A stretch of DNA of 64,000 nucleotides, taken from positions 142,496 through 206,495 of IMG/VR virus record IMGVR_UViG_3300009537_002640, one strand, 5' to 3'. The position numbers were made by a program, and so were the translations under genes. This document shows positions 46,983-56,400 of this stretch, piece after piece (the first letter of the stretch is position 1; each line of letters opens with the position of its first letter). The notes beneath the pieces were generated by a model that saw nothing but the letters and a program-made list of their open reading frames with translations, was not told the DNA's origin and made no database searches.

Positions 46983-48014
46983 TTATCGGAAACGAGCTAG
47001 TCGCTTCTCTAGTAATTGTGCCGCCGAATTTATATCCTTGGCCCGACCCTTCTGAATCATTTGTTGTAACACCCTCATTAAGGTCCCTGTATCTTTATAG
47101 GGTCTTGGTACCTTTGGGTTTTGAAATACCTTCTGTCGTATTGCTTGTGCCGCCTGCTGTAATTGAGCAGGATTGGCCTGCTGTGCCGGTCTTTGCTGTT
47201 GAACAGGTTGTCGTGGAGCTTGCTGAGTCTGCTGTTGCTGCTTTCTAGCTTGCCATTGCTGTTGCATTCTTTGCTGAGGTGCAGTATTACGAGGGGGATT
47301 TTTCTCCATTTGGCCCATCTCATCCCATATATCTGCGCCCTTAGCTATAGATTCTTTGATTCCACGAATAACTTTCTCAACCTCATATGCCTCTGAATGC
47401 CTTCCTTCTGCACCTAGACGATATGCAGTGTCCTCTAGACGATTCAGAAGTATCAAACTAAGCCCTTCAGGACCAGAACCTTCTTCTGGAACACTTACAT
47501 CATGTGCCTCATCGCTAGAGCAACGAGGGCAGTCACAATCAGGCCCACATGTACACTTGCCTTCTTCACAACCGCAGTCACATTTTGCCTTAGCATCCTC
47601 AGCGTCTTGTTCCATTAGCTCTTTTAGCTTTTCTTCAGCGTCTTCCACTGTTTCTTCATCGGGCTCTTTCTTTGCAGGAACTTCATAAACCAATCTTTCA
47701 TCTTCGCTCTTCTCTTTGAGCTTTGGCAAACTACTCAAATCATAGAAATCCCCAGCGACTTTTTCAAAATCACCAGGTAAAATGACTGATTTAAGTTGGC
47801 GATGAAAGTATGCCATGTCATTTGAACCAGCTGTTTGTCCAAGGGCAACACGATGACGCATTTCTTTGATGAAATCGCCTAGTAATGTATTAACCTCTTT
47901 GCTAGAGGCCAACTTTTGTGCTACAATACGCTGCCTTTCATCATCAAGTAGATGAGCTACTATATTGATAAAAGTGTCCTTGTCGGATGCATGTATATAG
48001 TCAAAAAGATTCAT
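46983..48014 (-). CDS. Internal head protein with Cys cluster and Gln-rich segment, 343 aa
   Basis: CDCGCEEGKCTCGPDCDCPRC; degenerate hairpin tag; Q-rich linker. Confidence 0.65.
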   Translation of the reverse strand: MNLFDYIHASDKDTFINIVAHLLDDERQRIVAQKLASSKEVNTLLGDFIKEMRHRVALGQTAGSNDMAYFHRQLKSVILPGDFEKVAGDFYDLSSLPKLKEKSEDERLVYEVPAKKEPDEETVEDAEEKLKELMEQDAEDAKAKCDCGCEEGKCTCGPDCDCPRCSSDEAHDVSVPEEGSGPEGLSLILLNRLEDTAYRLGAEGRHSEAYEVEKVIRGIKESIAKGADIWDEMGQMEKNPPRNTAPQQRMQQQWQARKQQQQTQQAPRQPVQQQRPAQQANPAQLQQAAQAIRQKVFQNPKVPRPYKDTGTLMRVLQQMIQKGRAKDINSAAQLLEKRLARFR

Positions 48015-48023
48015 CGTTGCTCC

Positions 48024-48719
48024 TTAGAACCATAAAAATTCAAGAGTTTGGTCAATTCCACTCGGTGGCCCTGTAACCATTGCTATACCAGGATGACTTG
48101 CAGTTGGTGGTGCTGTAGTCAGCTTTCCCTCTGCATTGACAAACAATTGGGCATTTACCACATATCGTTGTCTTGTATCAAACTGGTCTGTCTGAAAGAT
48201 TCCTCTTGCGAACCAAATTGTCATTCTTCCGCTACCTACTGTAGTGTTGTCTCCAGGAATATTTGGTATTCTGTAGACATAGCTAACAATCACACGTACA
48301 GAGTCCGGAATCTGGTCGCCGTCTGAATCATAATTTAGCTCTGTGCCCGCTGGAGCTGTAATCACCCCATTTACATCGTTGAGCGAAAGCCCCTCGACAT
48401 CAGCAACAAAGCTGTTTCTAACCACATTAGCAAATCTAAGAGTTTGCATTTCATCTTTGGCGGATACATAAGTGTACCCATCAGCAGCTAAAACACCAAC
48501 CGCTGGTATAATAACCACTTCGTCTGTTACTGGTGCTGTAAAAGCCGAAGTATTAATGTCATCTATAATACCAAACGGTGCTGTGCCATCCGAAACGCCA
48601 CAAACAATTTCATTGCCTATAACTTTTAGCTGAGCTATTTGCCCTGGTTGAAACTCCGCAGTGGGGTCAACCGGAAAGCTTAGAGGCAAAGTATTACCTA
48701 CTTGAATCAGTCTTAACAT
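48024..48719 (-). CDS. Putative capsid decoration/cement protein (paralogue of 40165-40878), 231 aa
   Basis: FQPGQIAQL...PFGIIDD and GSGRMTIWFARGIF...LFVNAEGKLTT pattern typical of beta-tulip-like decoration proteins. Confidence 0.6.
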   Translation of the reverse strand: MLRLIQVGNTLPLSFPVDPTAEFQPGQIAQLKVIGNEIVCGVSDGTAPFGIIDDINTSAFTAPVTDEVVIIPAVGVLAADGYTYVSAKDEMQTLRFANVVRNSFVADVEGLSLNDVNGVITAPAGTELNYDSDGDQIPDSVRVIVSYVYRIPNIPGDNTTVGSGRMTIWFARGIFQTDQFDTRQRYVVNAQLFVNAEGKLTTAPPTASHPGIAMVTGPPSGIDQTLEFLWF

Positions 48720-48748
48720 AAATTAGCCTCGCAAGTGGTCAAAAACAA

Positions 48749-49096
48749 TTATTCAGTTTCTGCTTGCAAATCGCGAACGATTACACGCAACGCTTCATCA
48801 ACTGCTGAAGAAGCATCATCTGCACCAGCCTCATCCAACTCTGTAGCAAGCTTGGTAAGTTCCTGAAGAACACCTAGAACGACAGCTTTCTTTTTCTTCT
48901 TGTCATCCTTTTTGTCTTCTTTCTTCTTATCCTTCTTATCTTCCTTGTCGTCCTTCTTTTTCATAAAAGGAGGAAGCTTCTTATCATCCTTGTCGTCGTC
49001 CTTCTCATCATCTTCCTTTGCAGCAGTAACCATTAGCCCCTGCTTGCTCAAGAGATTGTGAAGTTCCAACATCATTTCATCGCCAGATCGTGACAT
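48749..49096 (-). CDS. Small K/D-rich head protein with hairpin tag, about 115 aa
   Basis: Start refined to 49096 (GGAG RBS); K/D/E low-complexity tract, then LTKLATELDEAGADDASSAVDEAL. Confidence 0.65.
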   Translation of the reverse strand: MSRSGDEMMLELHNLLSKQGLMVTAAKEDDEKDDDKDDKKLPPFMKKKDDKEDKKDKKKEDKKDDKKKKKAVVLGVLQELTKLATELDEAGADDASSAVDEALRVIVRDLQAETE

Positions 49097-49097
49097 G

Positions 49098-50486
49098 TTA
49101 TTCTCCTCTGAGTTTATCAATAAATTGACCTTCTGGACCATAATCTTCCATGTTCCACAAGTGCTCGCGGCTCTTAGTGTTTACTAAGTAGCCAGTATCT
49201 AAATCTTCTTCCGATAATTCCTCGACATCGGTTTCTCTATCAACATCTTCTTCGTTCTTAGGTTCCCATTCTTCTTCAACAAATGTCCCTTCTGGGGCCT
49301 CCTCTAAGGTTCCAAACATCGGGTCAACCATATATCGGCGCTCATCTTCCTCTCCCGGACGTCTTTTCAGCTCCTTGAAAACTCCGTGTGGCTCCCAACC
49401 TTTATCGGTGGGGTCTTTTTCTCGTTCTTCTTTAGGTCGTAAGTCTACAAAACGCTCCCAGTCTGCCGCAATCGCATCTAGTTCTGTAGCTAGTTCGTGC
49501 TGGCCTTTGACATCCAGAACTGTTGCCACTTTTGCAAGCCTCATGGCTATTTTCAAATATAATCCTTTGTTCATATTAGCCTCATGAAGAGAACGTCCAC
49601 CAGTAAGTTTTATGTACTCTTTTCCTAAATTATTTCTCCAGCCCTGTACGGCTCCTCTAAATTTACGCATCATTGGGGACTTAGGATCAGCGCCCTTATC
49701 CAACAGTTGCTTATATTTTTCCATCTCTATAGCTATGCGTGTTTTAAGTACCTTTACAACCCTATCTAGAAAAAAGTTTTTGTAACGTTCTGTCTCTTTC
49801 CCATCACCTATCTGAGCCCACATACCAATTCTTCTACCTAGCTTCTGAAATTTACTCTGGGTATTTAAATCTTTAGCAAACAGCTGTCCTTTTTCATCCG
49901 ATTCAGCCACCCTAACGATTGCTTCAAATAAATTTGGCAAATGTCTGGCTAGACTATGTGCCACACCTGACTTTTCCCAAGTATTAGATGCGTCTAGAAG
50001 CACCAGCGGATCATTTTCTATAAGAAACTTTGCACCCTCATGTATATATGGCTCAAATTGTGGGTCTGTTCTTCTACTATACTGATTAAAAAAGTAGATT
50101 ATTCGTTCTGGATTACCCATAACCTCGTTATCAAGCACCCAGCCAGTAATTGGATCGTAAAATGTCTCCTTCATATATCTGCCAGCCAAATATGCCATTG
50201 GATTTCGTCTGGCCACAGTAGCAGCATTTTGAGCATCTTCCAATTCTTCCGAACCACTATAAGTTTTTAGAACATCATCTAGGCTTAATTCATGCATCAT
50301 AGTAGGAGATATGCTTAACGATGATGAGGGAGTTTCTATGTACTTCACTCCAGGTGTCTGAGTAATATCTTCACCACTATACTCTACTGGTTCTTGCGTC
50401 TCAAATGTAGGAAGTGGTGGAATAGGAACTGGCAACTGGTCTTCGTCGTCACCCGACCACTTGAATATCATATTGCCTATTCGCAT
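49098..50486 (-). CDS. Putative internal head protein, 462 aa
   Basis: Helical core, hairpin tag LAKVATVLDVKGQHELATELDAIA, acidic tail. Confidence 0.65.
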   Translation of the reverse strand: MRIGNMIFKWSGDDEDQLPVPIPPLPTFETQEPVEYSGEDITQTPGVKYIETPSSSLSISPTMMHELSLDDVLKTYSGSEELEDAQNAATVARRNPMAYLAGRYMKETFYDPITGWVLDNEVMGNPERIIYFFNQYSRRTDPQFEPYIHEGAKFLIENDPLVLLDASNTWEKSGVAHSLARHLPNLFEAIVRVAESDEKGQLFAKDLNTQSKFQKLGRRIGMWAQIGDGKETERYKNFFLDRVVKVLKTRIAIEMEKYKQLLDKGADPKSPMMRKFRGAVQGWRNNLGKEYIKLTGGRSLHEANMNKGLYLKIAMRLAKVATVLDVKGQHELATELDAIAADWERFVDLRPKEEREKDPTDKGWEPHGVFKELKRRPGEEDERRYMVDPMFGTLEEAPEGTFVEEEWEPKNEEDVDRETDVEELSEEDLDTGYLVNTKSREHLWNMEDYGPEGQFIDKLRGE

Positions 50487-50498
50487 TAGCCATCCTCA

Positions 50499-50717
50499 TT
50501 AATTCATTTCTTTAGGTTGCTGCTTATCAGCGACCCATGAATCCGCATAAAATTCAAAGTAGCCTGCGATTTCTTCTTCACTCAGGCCCTTATTTCGTAA
50601 ATCTTCTATCTCAATTTGCATTTCCAAATCTGTTAACAGATTCTTCATATTGTCAGCGACTAAGTTGAACATAACGAGTCTCTCGATGTAAGGAGAGGCG
50701 GAGTGCCATAATGACAC
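50499..50717 (-). CDS. Small hypothetical protein, 72 aa
   Basis: GGAG RBS; intact ORF. Confidence 0.5.
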   Translation of the reverse strand: MSLWHSASPYIERLVMFNLVADNMKNLLTDLEMQIEIEDLRNKGLSEEEIAGYFEFYADSWVADKQQPKEMN

Positions 50718-50760
50718 TCCGCCCTTCGTATGAATTCTGCTCCTGAATACTAGCCCTTAA

Positions 50761-53700
50761 TTAGCGCCAATTAAGCTGTGCCAACTGCTCATTTAGGCTT
50801 GGGGCATTAACTGGTTCTGGACTTGCGGTAACAGTCATTGATTGACCGGCACCATCAGCTCCTACACGGGGTAGGGAACCGCCCTTCCTAGAATTGTAGT
50901 TAGCTACTACACGCTTATTTGACTCAAAAGCTGCGTCATCAAAGTTCATCAGCTGGTCAACGTATCCCTCAAGGGATGCCTGAGTAGAAGCGATTAGCCC
51001 CTTCTCCTGAGCCTGGAGACCTACTGCATACGCTCTGCGTAGCTTGGTCTTGTACTCTCCGTTGTCAGCTTCCTTCTTCTTAGAAGCAAACTCTTTGCTC
51101 AAGTCTGCACCGAAGCTACCAGTGTCAGGACCTTGTGCCCAGAACTTCTTCCAGTAAGAAGCTGCTGCTGAGTCAACCTTACCCTCAGCCACCAACCTAT
51201 CAACATCTTCAGCCTTGAGTGCGCCCTTAACAATTGCCTCTTGAATGAGAGCAGCTGCCTCACGCACATTTCTTGGGCCAGATTCAGCGACATCTCGCAT
51301 TACATCGTGAATCTCAGAAATGGTTTCAACATGAGCACCGTCTGTCTTGGTATGAGTTAGCTCAGTTGTAGTACCCTTTCCGCCTGGATGAGCCTCAAAG
51401 TACTCTTTCTGAGTTGCATTCTCTGCCTTGCCCAAATCCAACTCATACTTTCCAAGGATGTCACCTGCTTGAGCAAGAAGAGCATCACGCTCAGCCTTGC
51501 GAGCAGCCATTACAGAATCTAGAGCTTCGTCAACTGCGAAGTCACCATCATCTGCCATCATTGCCCCACCACATGACTCATCATGTGCATGGTCCTCGGC
51601 ACACATTGGTGCATCTGCATCATCCTCGTCTTTCTTCTTCTTTTTCTCATCCTTCTCATATTCATCTTCTTCATCCTCGTCGGACTCTTTATCCTTTGCG
51701 AGGTCAGGATGCGTAAGCTCGCCCTCTGGACCTTTTTCTTGCTTCTCTTCCTGCAGAAGCTTCATTAGAGAAGCCTCATCAGCATCAGTTAGAGCATAGT
51801 CCATCTCGTCGCCCATACCCATCATGTCCATATCACCCATAGCCTTAGCTAGAAGTGCAGCACGATTTTGAGCACGGACCCTTAGAGCTTGTTCTAGAAG
51901 TTCAGCAGCCTTCTTCTCGGCGTCAGACTTTTCGGACTTCTTATCTTCCTTCTCGTCCTCATCATCTTCATCCTCGTCTTTCTTCTTTTTCTTAGCTGCT
52001 TCTTTCTTCTTCTTATCCTCTTTGTCATCCTCATCTTTGTCTTTCTTGTCTGCCTTTTCGTCTTCCTTATCATCGTCTTTCTTCTTGGCAGCTTCTTTTT
52101 TCTTATCTTTCTTCTTCTTATCCTCTTTATCATCCTCATCTTCATCGTCGTCTTTCTTCTTCTTAGCCAAGACAACTTCAGCTTGAGCAAGTAGAGTCTC
52201 GCTGTCGGCTAGAGCTTGAACAGCTGCACTAAGAACACGGCCCTTAGTTTCACCATCAAGGTCTTCTGCCTTATCAAGAGCTTCGCTCACAAGAGCTAGC
52301 TCATCAGCAGACTCATCTAGGAGGGAGTGAACCTCCATAGCCTCATCGCGGAACGCTAGAGTTTGTTCCATTGGACTTTCGGAACCACCTTCGCCTTCCT
52401 CGTCGACCTTAACTTCAATGTCGACTAGTTTCTCACCACCCTCATCAACAGCCTTGCGGATGTCGTCTAGAGCAGTTTCAATCTTAGTGAGGCCAGCTTC
52501 TACCTTGCCCTTGAGATCAGGCTCATCTTCCTTCTTCTCTGGTGCAGGTGCTTCACCCTCAGGAGCTGCAGGAGCAGCTTCTGGTGCAGGTGCGTCTCCG
52601 CCTGGAGCTGGTGCTCCACCTGCTAGAGGGTCAGCTCCACCGGGAGCCAAAGGATCTTGAGCACCCTTTAGGAGATATGAAACCTCATCAAAGCCTTCGG
52701 TGCGGATATGGCGAATAATATCCTTTCCGTAGTCCTTGGAGCTTAGATAATCCCAGTTCTCATCAAGCTGGTCATCAAAGATTTCCTTGCCGGTTGCAGT
52801 TAGAATCAACTTGTCACCAGCATACACATCCCAACGGGATGCATCCTTGACTAGATTGCCTTGGTCATCAGCGACCTTGGTAAACTTTGCACGAAGGCGG
52901 GCACGCAACCACATCTTCTTTACTTTCTCGTCGCCAGGAACCATACCATCGGTACCGCCCATGTCGTAGATGCCTTGTAGGTGCTTATCTTCGTTATCGC
53001 GGATTTTGTCCGCTTCCTCTTTTGGATACTTTTCCTTGCCAGGGGTTGGCTCATTGATACCACCACCGCCTAGCCAGTAAGCGCGACGTCGTAGTCTACG
53101 CTCCTGTAGTTGAGCTTCAGTTAGCTTTCCATCTTCAGCTGCATCCTTGTCAGTCTTCTGAACCTGCTCTAGCAGTGCTTGACGGCGTAGTTTACGCTCC
53201 TCAATCTCTGCTTTCTTCTTGTCGGCTTTACCGCCGCCAAGATTGCGGGTTTCCCACGTTCTTCCTTCATCGCCTGGGTGAAGACCTTCGGATCCAGTTT
53301 CTAATGGCTCGCCAACCATTTGCTTATCTTCAGTGTCACGGATTTTATCCGCTTCTTCCTTCTCATACTTAGGCTTACCTGGAGTAGGCTCATTAATGCC
53401 GCCTCCACCTAGCCAATATGCTCGACGTGCTTTGGCACGGGCACGTAATCTCGCAGAATTCATATTGTCGTCCTCCTTAGAGACTGTTTTTAACTCATTG
53501 AATGATTTACTTAGTTTTTCTATCTTGGATCGAAGGAGACGTATTTCATTAAAAAGAACACCCAGGTTTCCGTCTCCCTCTAGACTAGCCAATCTCTGAC
53601 TAGGCTCGACTGATATTGGTGTAGTGGTAGTGCGATACGTACCTTCACCGTTGCCAGCCATTGGACTTACACTTGGCTCTGACCCACCACCAGTAGCTGG

Positions 53701-54789
53701 TAAAGCAGGAGGAGCCTCGTCTGTTTCAGTATTGCCGATGCCGAATTTGGCAGCTAATACCTCTTCGATTTTTTCTTTTAGAGCAGGGTTGGTTACAGCC
53801 TTCAATGCCGCGACCAATTCACCCATATCCATATTTTCTAGACCATGTATGGGTGAGCTTTTAGCCTCTACTCTTTTAGTCTTTTGTTCGAGTTTCATTA
53901 GCGTGTTAAGCTTAGTTTGCATTTCGTTGATGTTGTCAGCAAGCGCTTGTAGTTCAGTTGGGTTTACACAGGCACCAACTAGCAACTCGTCAATACGCTC
54001 TTGTTTTTGTTCAGCGTAATTCTGCAAGCTTGCGACTATTTGTCGGATTTTTGCCAGACCATCAGCGCCATTAACTACGAGGCTTAGCTCGATTGGGCTT
54101 AGGTCTAGGTTCACTTCGCCATAATTTGTGCGTCCACGAACATGATGACAATAGTCTCGTTCGGTTCTCGCTACATGGCCACATTCGGTGCATACGGAGC
54201 GACCGACTGCCGTACCCATTGATACGCAATTAGCATATCCGGTTTCTACTTTGCGTGCTAGGTCAGGGTAATTCTTCCTATCTAACGCAAATAAAGCATG
54301 AACCCTCTTAAACTTAGGGTCATAGTAAGTATCGATTATTATTCCACGAATGCCGTCTACGCTATCACTCTTGTGGTCTTTGCATAGTGGCTTTCCTACC
54401 CAGTTCTTGTAGGCTTTTAGCAGCTCATCTTCAGGAAAAATGTCACCATTAGCATTCTTGTAGGGCTTTAGTCCATCAGGAGATTCCCATTTCACAGAGT
54501 GCTCGTTGCCCTTTACCTTAATAGGCACGAAAGACCCCTTAGCTGGCTTACCATTAGAAGCTAGAACGGGCTCACCTGTATCCTGGTCTATCAAACATGC
54601 TTCAGCAGCATGCATCATAATAGCGTGGCCATAAAGAAAGTCACTAGCTCTTGGAGCAATCCTCTTTAGCTTCTTGGCTAACTTAACAAACCTTTTGGCG
54701 ATTTGTTCGTCCGCTAGAGCTTCTTTCGGTGTCATCAGATTTGTGTCTGGTGAAAAGCTTAGATTCTCTCCGATTTTCCTAATAGCCAT
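50761..54789 (-). CDS. Prohead (maturation) protease fused to a large scaffold region, 1342 aa
   Basis: N-terminal HK97/herpes-type protease signatures: NGDIFPEDEL, KPLCKDH (H139), VSMG (S190), CTECG..YCHH zinc site, IELSLV..GAD; then about 1000 aa of acidic, K/D/E-rich and coiled-coil sequence. Confidence 0.85.
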   Translation of the reverse strand: MAIRKIGENLSFSPDTNLMTPKEALADEQIAKRFVKLAKKLKRIAPRASDFLYGHAIMMHAAEACLIDQDTGEPVLASNGKPAKGSFVPIKVKGNEHSVKWESPDGLKPYKNANGDIFPEDELLKAYKNWVGKPLCKDHKSDSVDGIRGIIIDTYYDPKFKRVHALFALDRKNYPDLARKVETGYANCVSMGTAVGRSVCTECGHVARTERDYCHHVRGRTNYGEVNLDLSPIELSLVVNGADGLAKIRQIVASLQNYAEQKQERIDELLVGACVNPTELQALADNINEMQTKLNTLMKLEQKTKRVEAKSSPIHGLENMDMGELVAALKAVTNPALKEKIEEVLAAKFGIGNTETDEAPPALPATGGGSEPSVSPMAGNGEGTYRTTTTPISVEPSQRLASLEGDGNLGVLFNEIRLLRSKIEKLSKSFNELKTVSKEDDNMNSARLRARAKARRAYWLGGGGINEPTPGKPKYEKEEADKIRDTEDKQMVGEPLETGSEGLHPGDEGRTWETRNLGGGKADKKKAEIEERKLRRQALLEQVQKTDKDAAEDGKLTEAQLQERRLRRRAYWLGGGGINEPTPGKEKYPKEEADKIRDNEDKHLQGIYDMGGTDGMVPGDEKVKKMWLRARLRAKFTKVADDQGNLVKDASRWDVYAGDKLILTATGKEIFDDQLDENWDYLSSKDYGKDIIRHIRTEGFDEVSYLLKGAQDPLAPGGADPLAGGAPAPGGDAPAPEAAPAAPEGEAPAPEKKEDEPDLKGKVEAGLTKIETALDDIRKAVDEGGEKLVDIEVKVDEEGEGGSESPMEQTLAFRDEAMEVHSLLDESADELALVSEALDKAEDLDGETKGRVLSAAVQALADSETLLAQAEVVLAKKKKDDDEDEDDKEDKKKKDKKKEAAKKKDDDKEDEKADKKDKDEDDKEDKKKKEAAKKKKKDEDEDDEDEKEDKKSEKSDAEKKAAELLEQALRVRAQNRAALLAKAMGDMDMMGMGDEMDYALTDADEASLMKLLQEEKQEKGPEGELTHPDLAKDKESDEDEEDEYEKDEKKKKKDEDDADAPMCAEDHAHDESCGGAMMADDGDFAVDEALDSVMAARKAERDALLAQAGDILGKYELDLGKAENATQKEYFEAHPGGKGTTTELTHTKTDGAHVETISEIHDVMRDVAESGPRNVREAAALIQEAIVKGALKAEDVDRLVAEGKVDSAAASYWKKFWAQGPDTGSFGADLSKEFASKKKEADNGEYKTKLRRAYAVGLQAQEKGLIASTQASLEGYVDQLMNFDDAAFESNKRVVANYNSRKGGSLPRVGADGAGQSMTVTASPEPVNAPSLNEQLAQLNWR

Positions 54790-54792
54790 TGA

Positions 54793-55530
54793 TTACTCCT
54801 CGTCTTCTTTTTCTTCGTTTAACCAGAAATTTTCCATTTCTTCTTGAGAAATCTCTTCTGTCTCGTGACCAAAGTCTTCATCGTCATCAGGGCCCCATTG
54901 CGACTTATTAAGAGCATCTTCTTCTTCATCTGGGTCTGGTAAATACTGCTCTTCCTCTCCAGGTTCCACTTCTTCTACGCCACCTGGACCTGCCCTAAAA
55001 GCACCAAGCATTTCCTCTTCGTCCAAATCTTGCTTTAGATTAACGTTGGGAGAATCAATGGCCTGGTCTGAACTAAAAAAGTCTAGAGCTGCTTGGCTTT
55101 CGTCGTCATTAGCTTCGTCCTTACCCAAATCTTTACGTAGCTTTTCGAAATCAGACTTAGAGGGACGCTTGCCGAAAGTCATTGTGTAAAAGTCTTTCTT
55201 AGCAGAGTCTAAGCATTCCTGAGTCCTTTCCATATCCTTAATTACTTTATCGAGTCCTAGTTCCTTTATAGCATCAGCAATATCGAAATAACGCATACGA
55301 CGAGATAATTCGCCCAGCCCCTTACAACCATTATGCATAGCGTCTTCTGCATCCACCAGAAACACTATCAGGCTCTTCTTAACATCATCATTCAAGCCTT
55401 TTAGAGGGGCCTTTGGACGTGCAGCCTTAGACCGCAACACACCATCGACAGCGCCAGCCAAGTCGAATTTTTTCTCTTGGTCCAGTTTGTCAGCAAGCCT
55501 AATCAAAGCATTAATATGCTTAGCGTCCAT
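54793..55530 (-). CDS. Putative internal head protein, about 245 aa
   Basis: Start refined to 55530 (AGGAGG RBS); N-terminal hairpin tag; acidic tail. Confidence 0.65.
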   Translation of the reverse strand: MDAKHINALIRLADKLDQEKKFDLAGAVDGVLRSKAARPKAPLKGLNDDVKKSLIVFLVDAEDAMHNGCKGLGELSRRMRYFDIADAIKELGLDKVIKDMERTQECLDSAKKDFYTMTFGKRPSKSDFEKLRKDLGKDEANDDESQAALDFFSSDQAIDSPNVNLKQDLDEEEMLGAFRAGPGGVEEVEPGEEEQYLPDPDEEEDALNKSQWGPDDDEDFGHETEEISQEEMENFWLNEEKEDEE

Positions 55531-55702
55531 GTTCACTCTCCTCCTGATTTTCTGTGCCACACTTGCATAAGACATCGTTATTTTCACCATCCAAAGCCAC
55601 TACGGTAAGGGGTTTTCCACACTTGTCACACTTCTTTAGTTCCAAGTCGTCATCATAAAATCCCTTAATTGGCTCAGGGTCACCTGTTTTTACGAATGCC
55701 AT
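55520..55702 (-). CDS. Small zinc-ribbon protein, 60 aa
   Basis: CDKCG...CKCG; start refined to 55702. Confidence 0.6.
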   Translation of the reverse strand: MAFVKTGDPEPIKGFYDDDLELKKCDKCGKPLTVVALDGENNDVLCKCGTENQEESEHGR

Positions 55703-55703
55703 G

Positions 55704-56294
55704 TTATCCCTCAATAAGTTGTCTAATGATTCTAGAGCGCTTTTTCATGCGAAATCGCATATCGCTTAATTTCATCTTGCCTAAAATATCCTGGTCAATG
55801 TGTGTAACAAATTGGCTATCTATTACATCAACTATCGACTTTTGTCTTTTTTCGATTTGCTGGGCCAGTTGCTCTAGTGTTTTGGTAAAACCATCACGGT
55901 CGGTTTCGTTCAATAGGCTCATCATTGCTTCTGCGCCATCGGACAACTCGCCAACCTCAGCCACCAGAACTTCACGCAACCTAATCATCTCTGGGTCGCT
56001 GATTTCTGAGAGCTTCTCCAGGTTTCCCTTTACCTTTGTGAGAAATGTATTAAACTTAGTCTTTATCTTCTTCCTATATCTAAGCAATTTCCCTCGATAT
56101 TTATTCTTCAGATCATCCTTAGATGGGCGTTCATTTGCCACTGAATCTTTAAGGTCTACAATGGTTTTAACTGCTGAGTCCAAATCTTCCAAGCTATCAA
56201 CGAACTCTTTTTTTACAGCTTTGGCAACCTCACGCTCTTGGGGCGTGATATCTAAAGTCATTTGTGGTCCAGCTGTTGCGTTGGATATTTTCAT
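55704..56294 (-). CDS. Helical/coiled-coil hypothetical protein, 196 aa
   Basis: GAGGG RBS; helical pattern. Confidence 0.6.
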   Translation of the reverse strand: MKISNATAGPQMTLDITPQEREVAKAVKKEFVDSLEDLDSAVKTIVDLKDSVANERPSKDDLKNKYRGKLLRYRKKIKTKFNTFLTKVKGNLEKLSEISDPEMIRLREVLVAEVGELSDGAEAMMSLLNETDRDGFTKTLEQLAQQIEKRQKSIVDVIDSQFVTHIDQDILGKMKLSDMRFRMKKRSRIIRQLIEG

Positions 56295-56377
56295 TAGTTG
56301 CCCTCACCATATTTATATGCCCTCAGATTCCTCATAAAGAGTAGATTATACACTGGTCCGTATATATCTATCGACAA

Positions 56378-56387
56378 ATATTAATAG
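56378..56387 (-). promoter_or_regulatory. Putative late promoter motif (CTATTAATAT)
   Basis: Intergenic TAYTAATA copy, 84 nt upstream of the unit that includes the protease/scaffold gene. Confidence 0.5.
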
Positions 56388-56400
56388 ATTTCAAGGGCAT

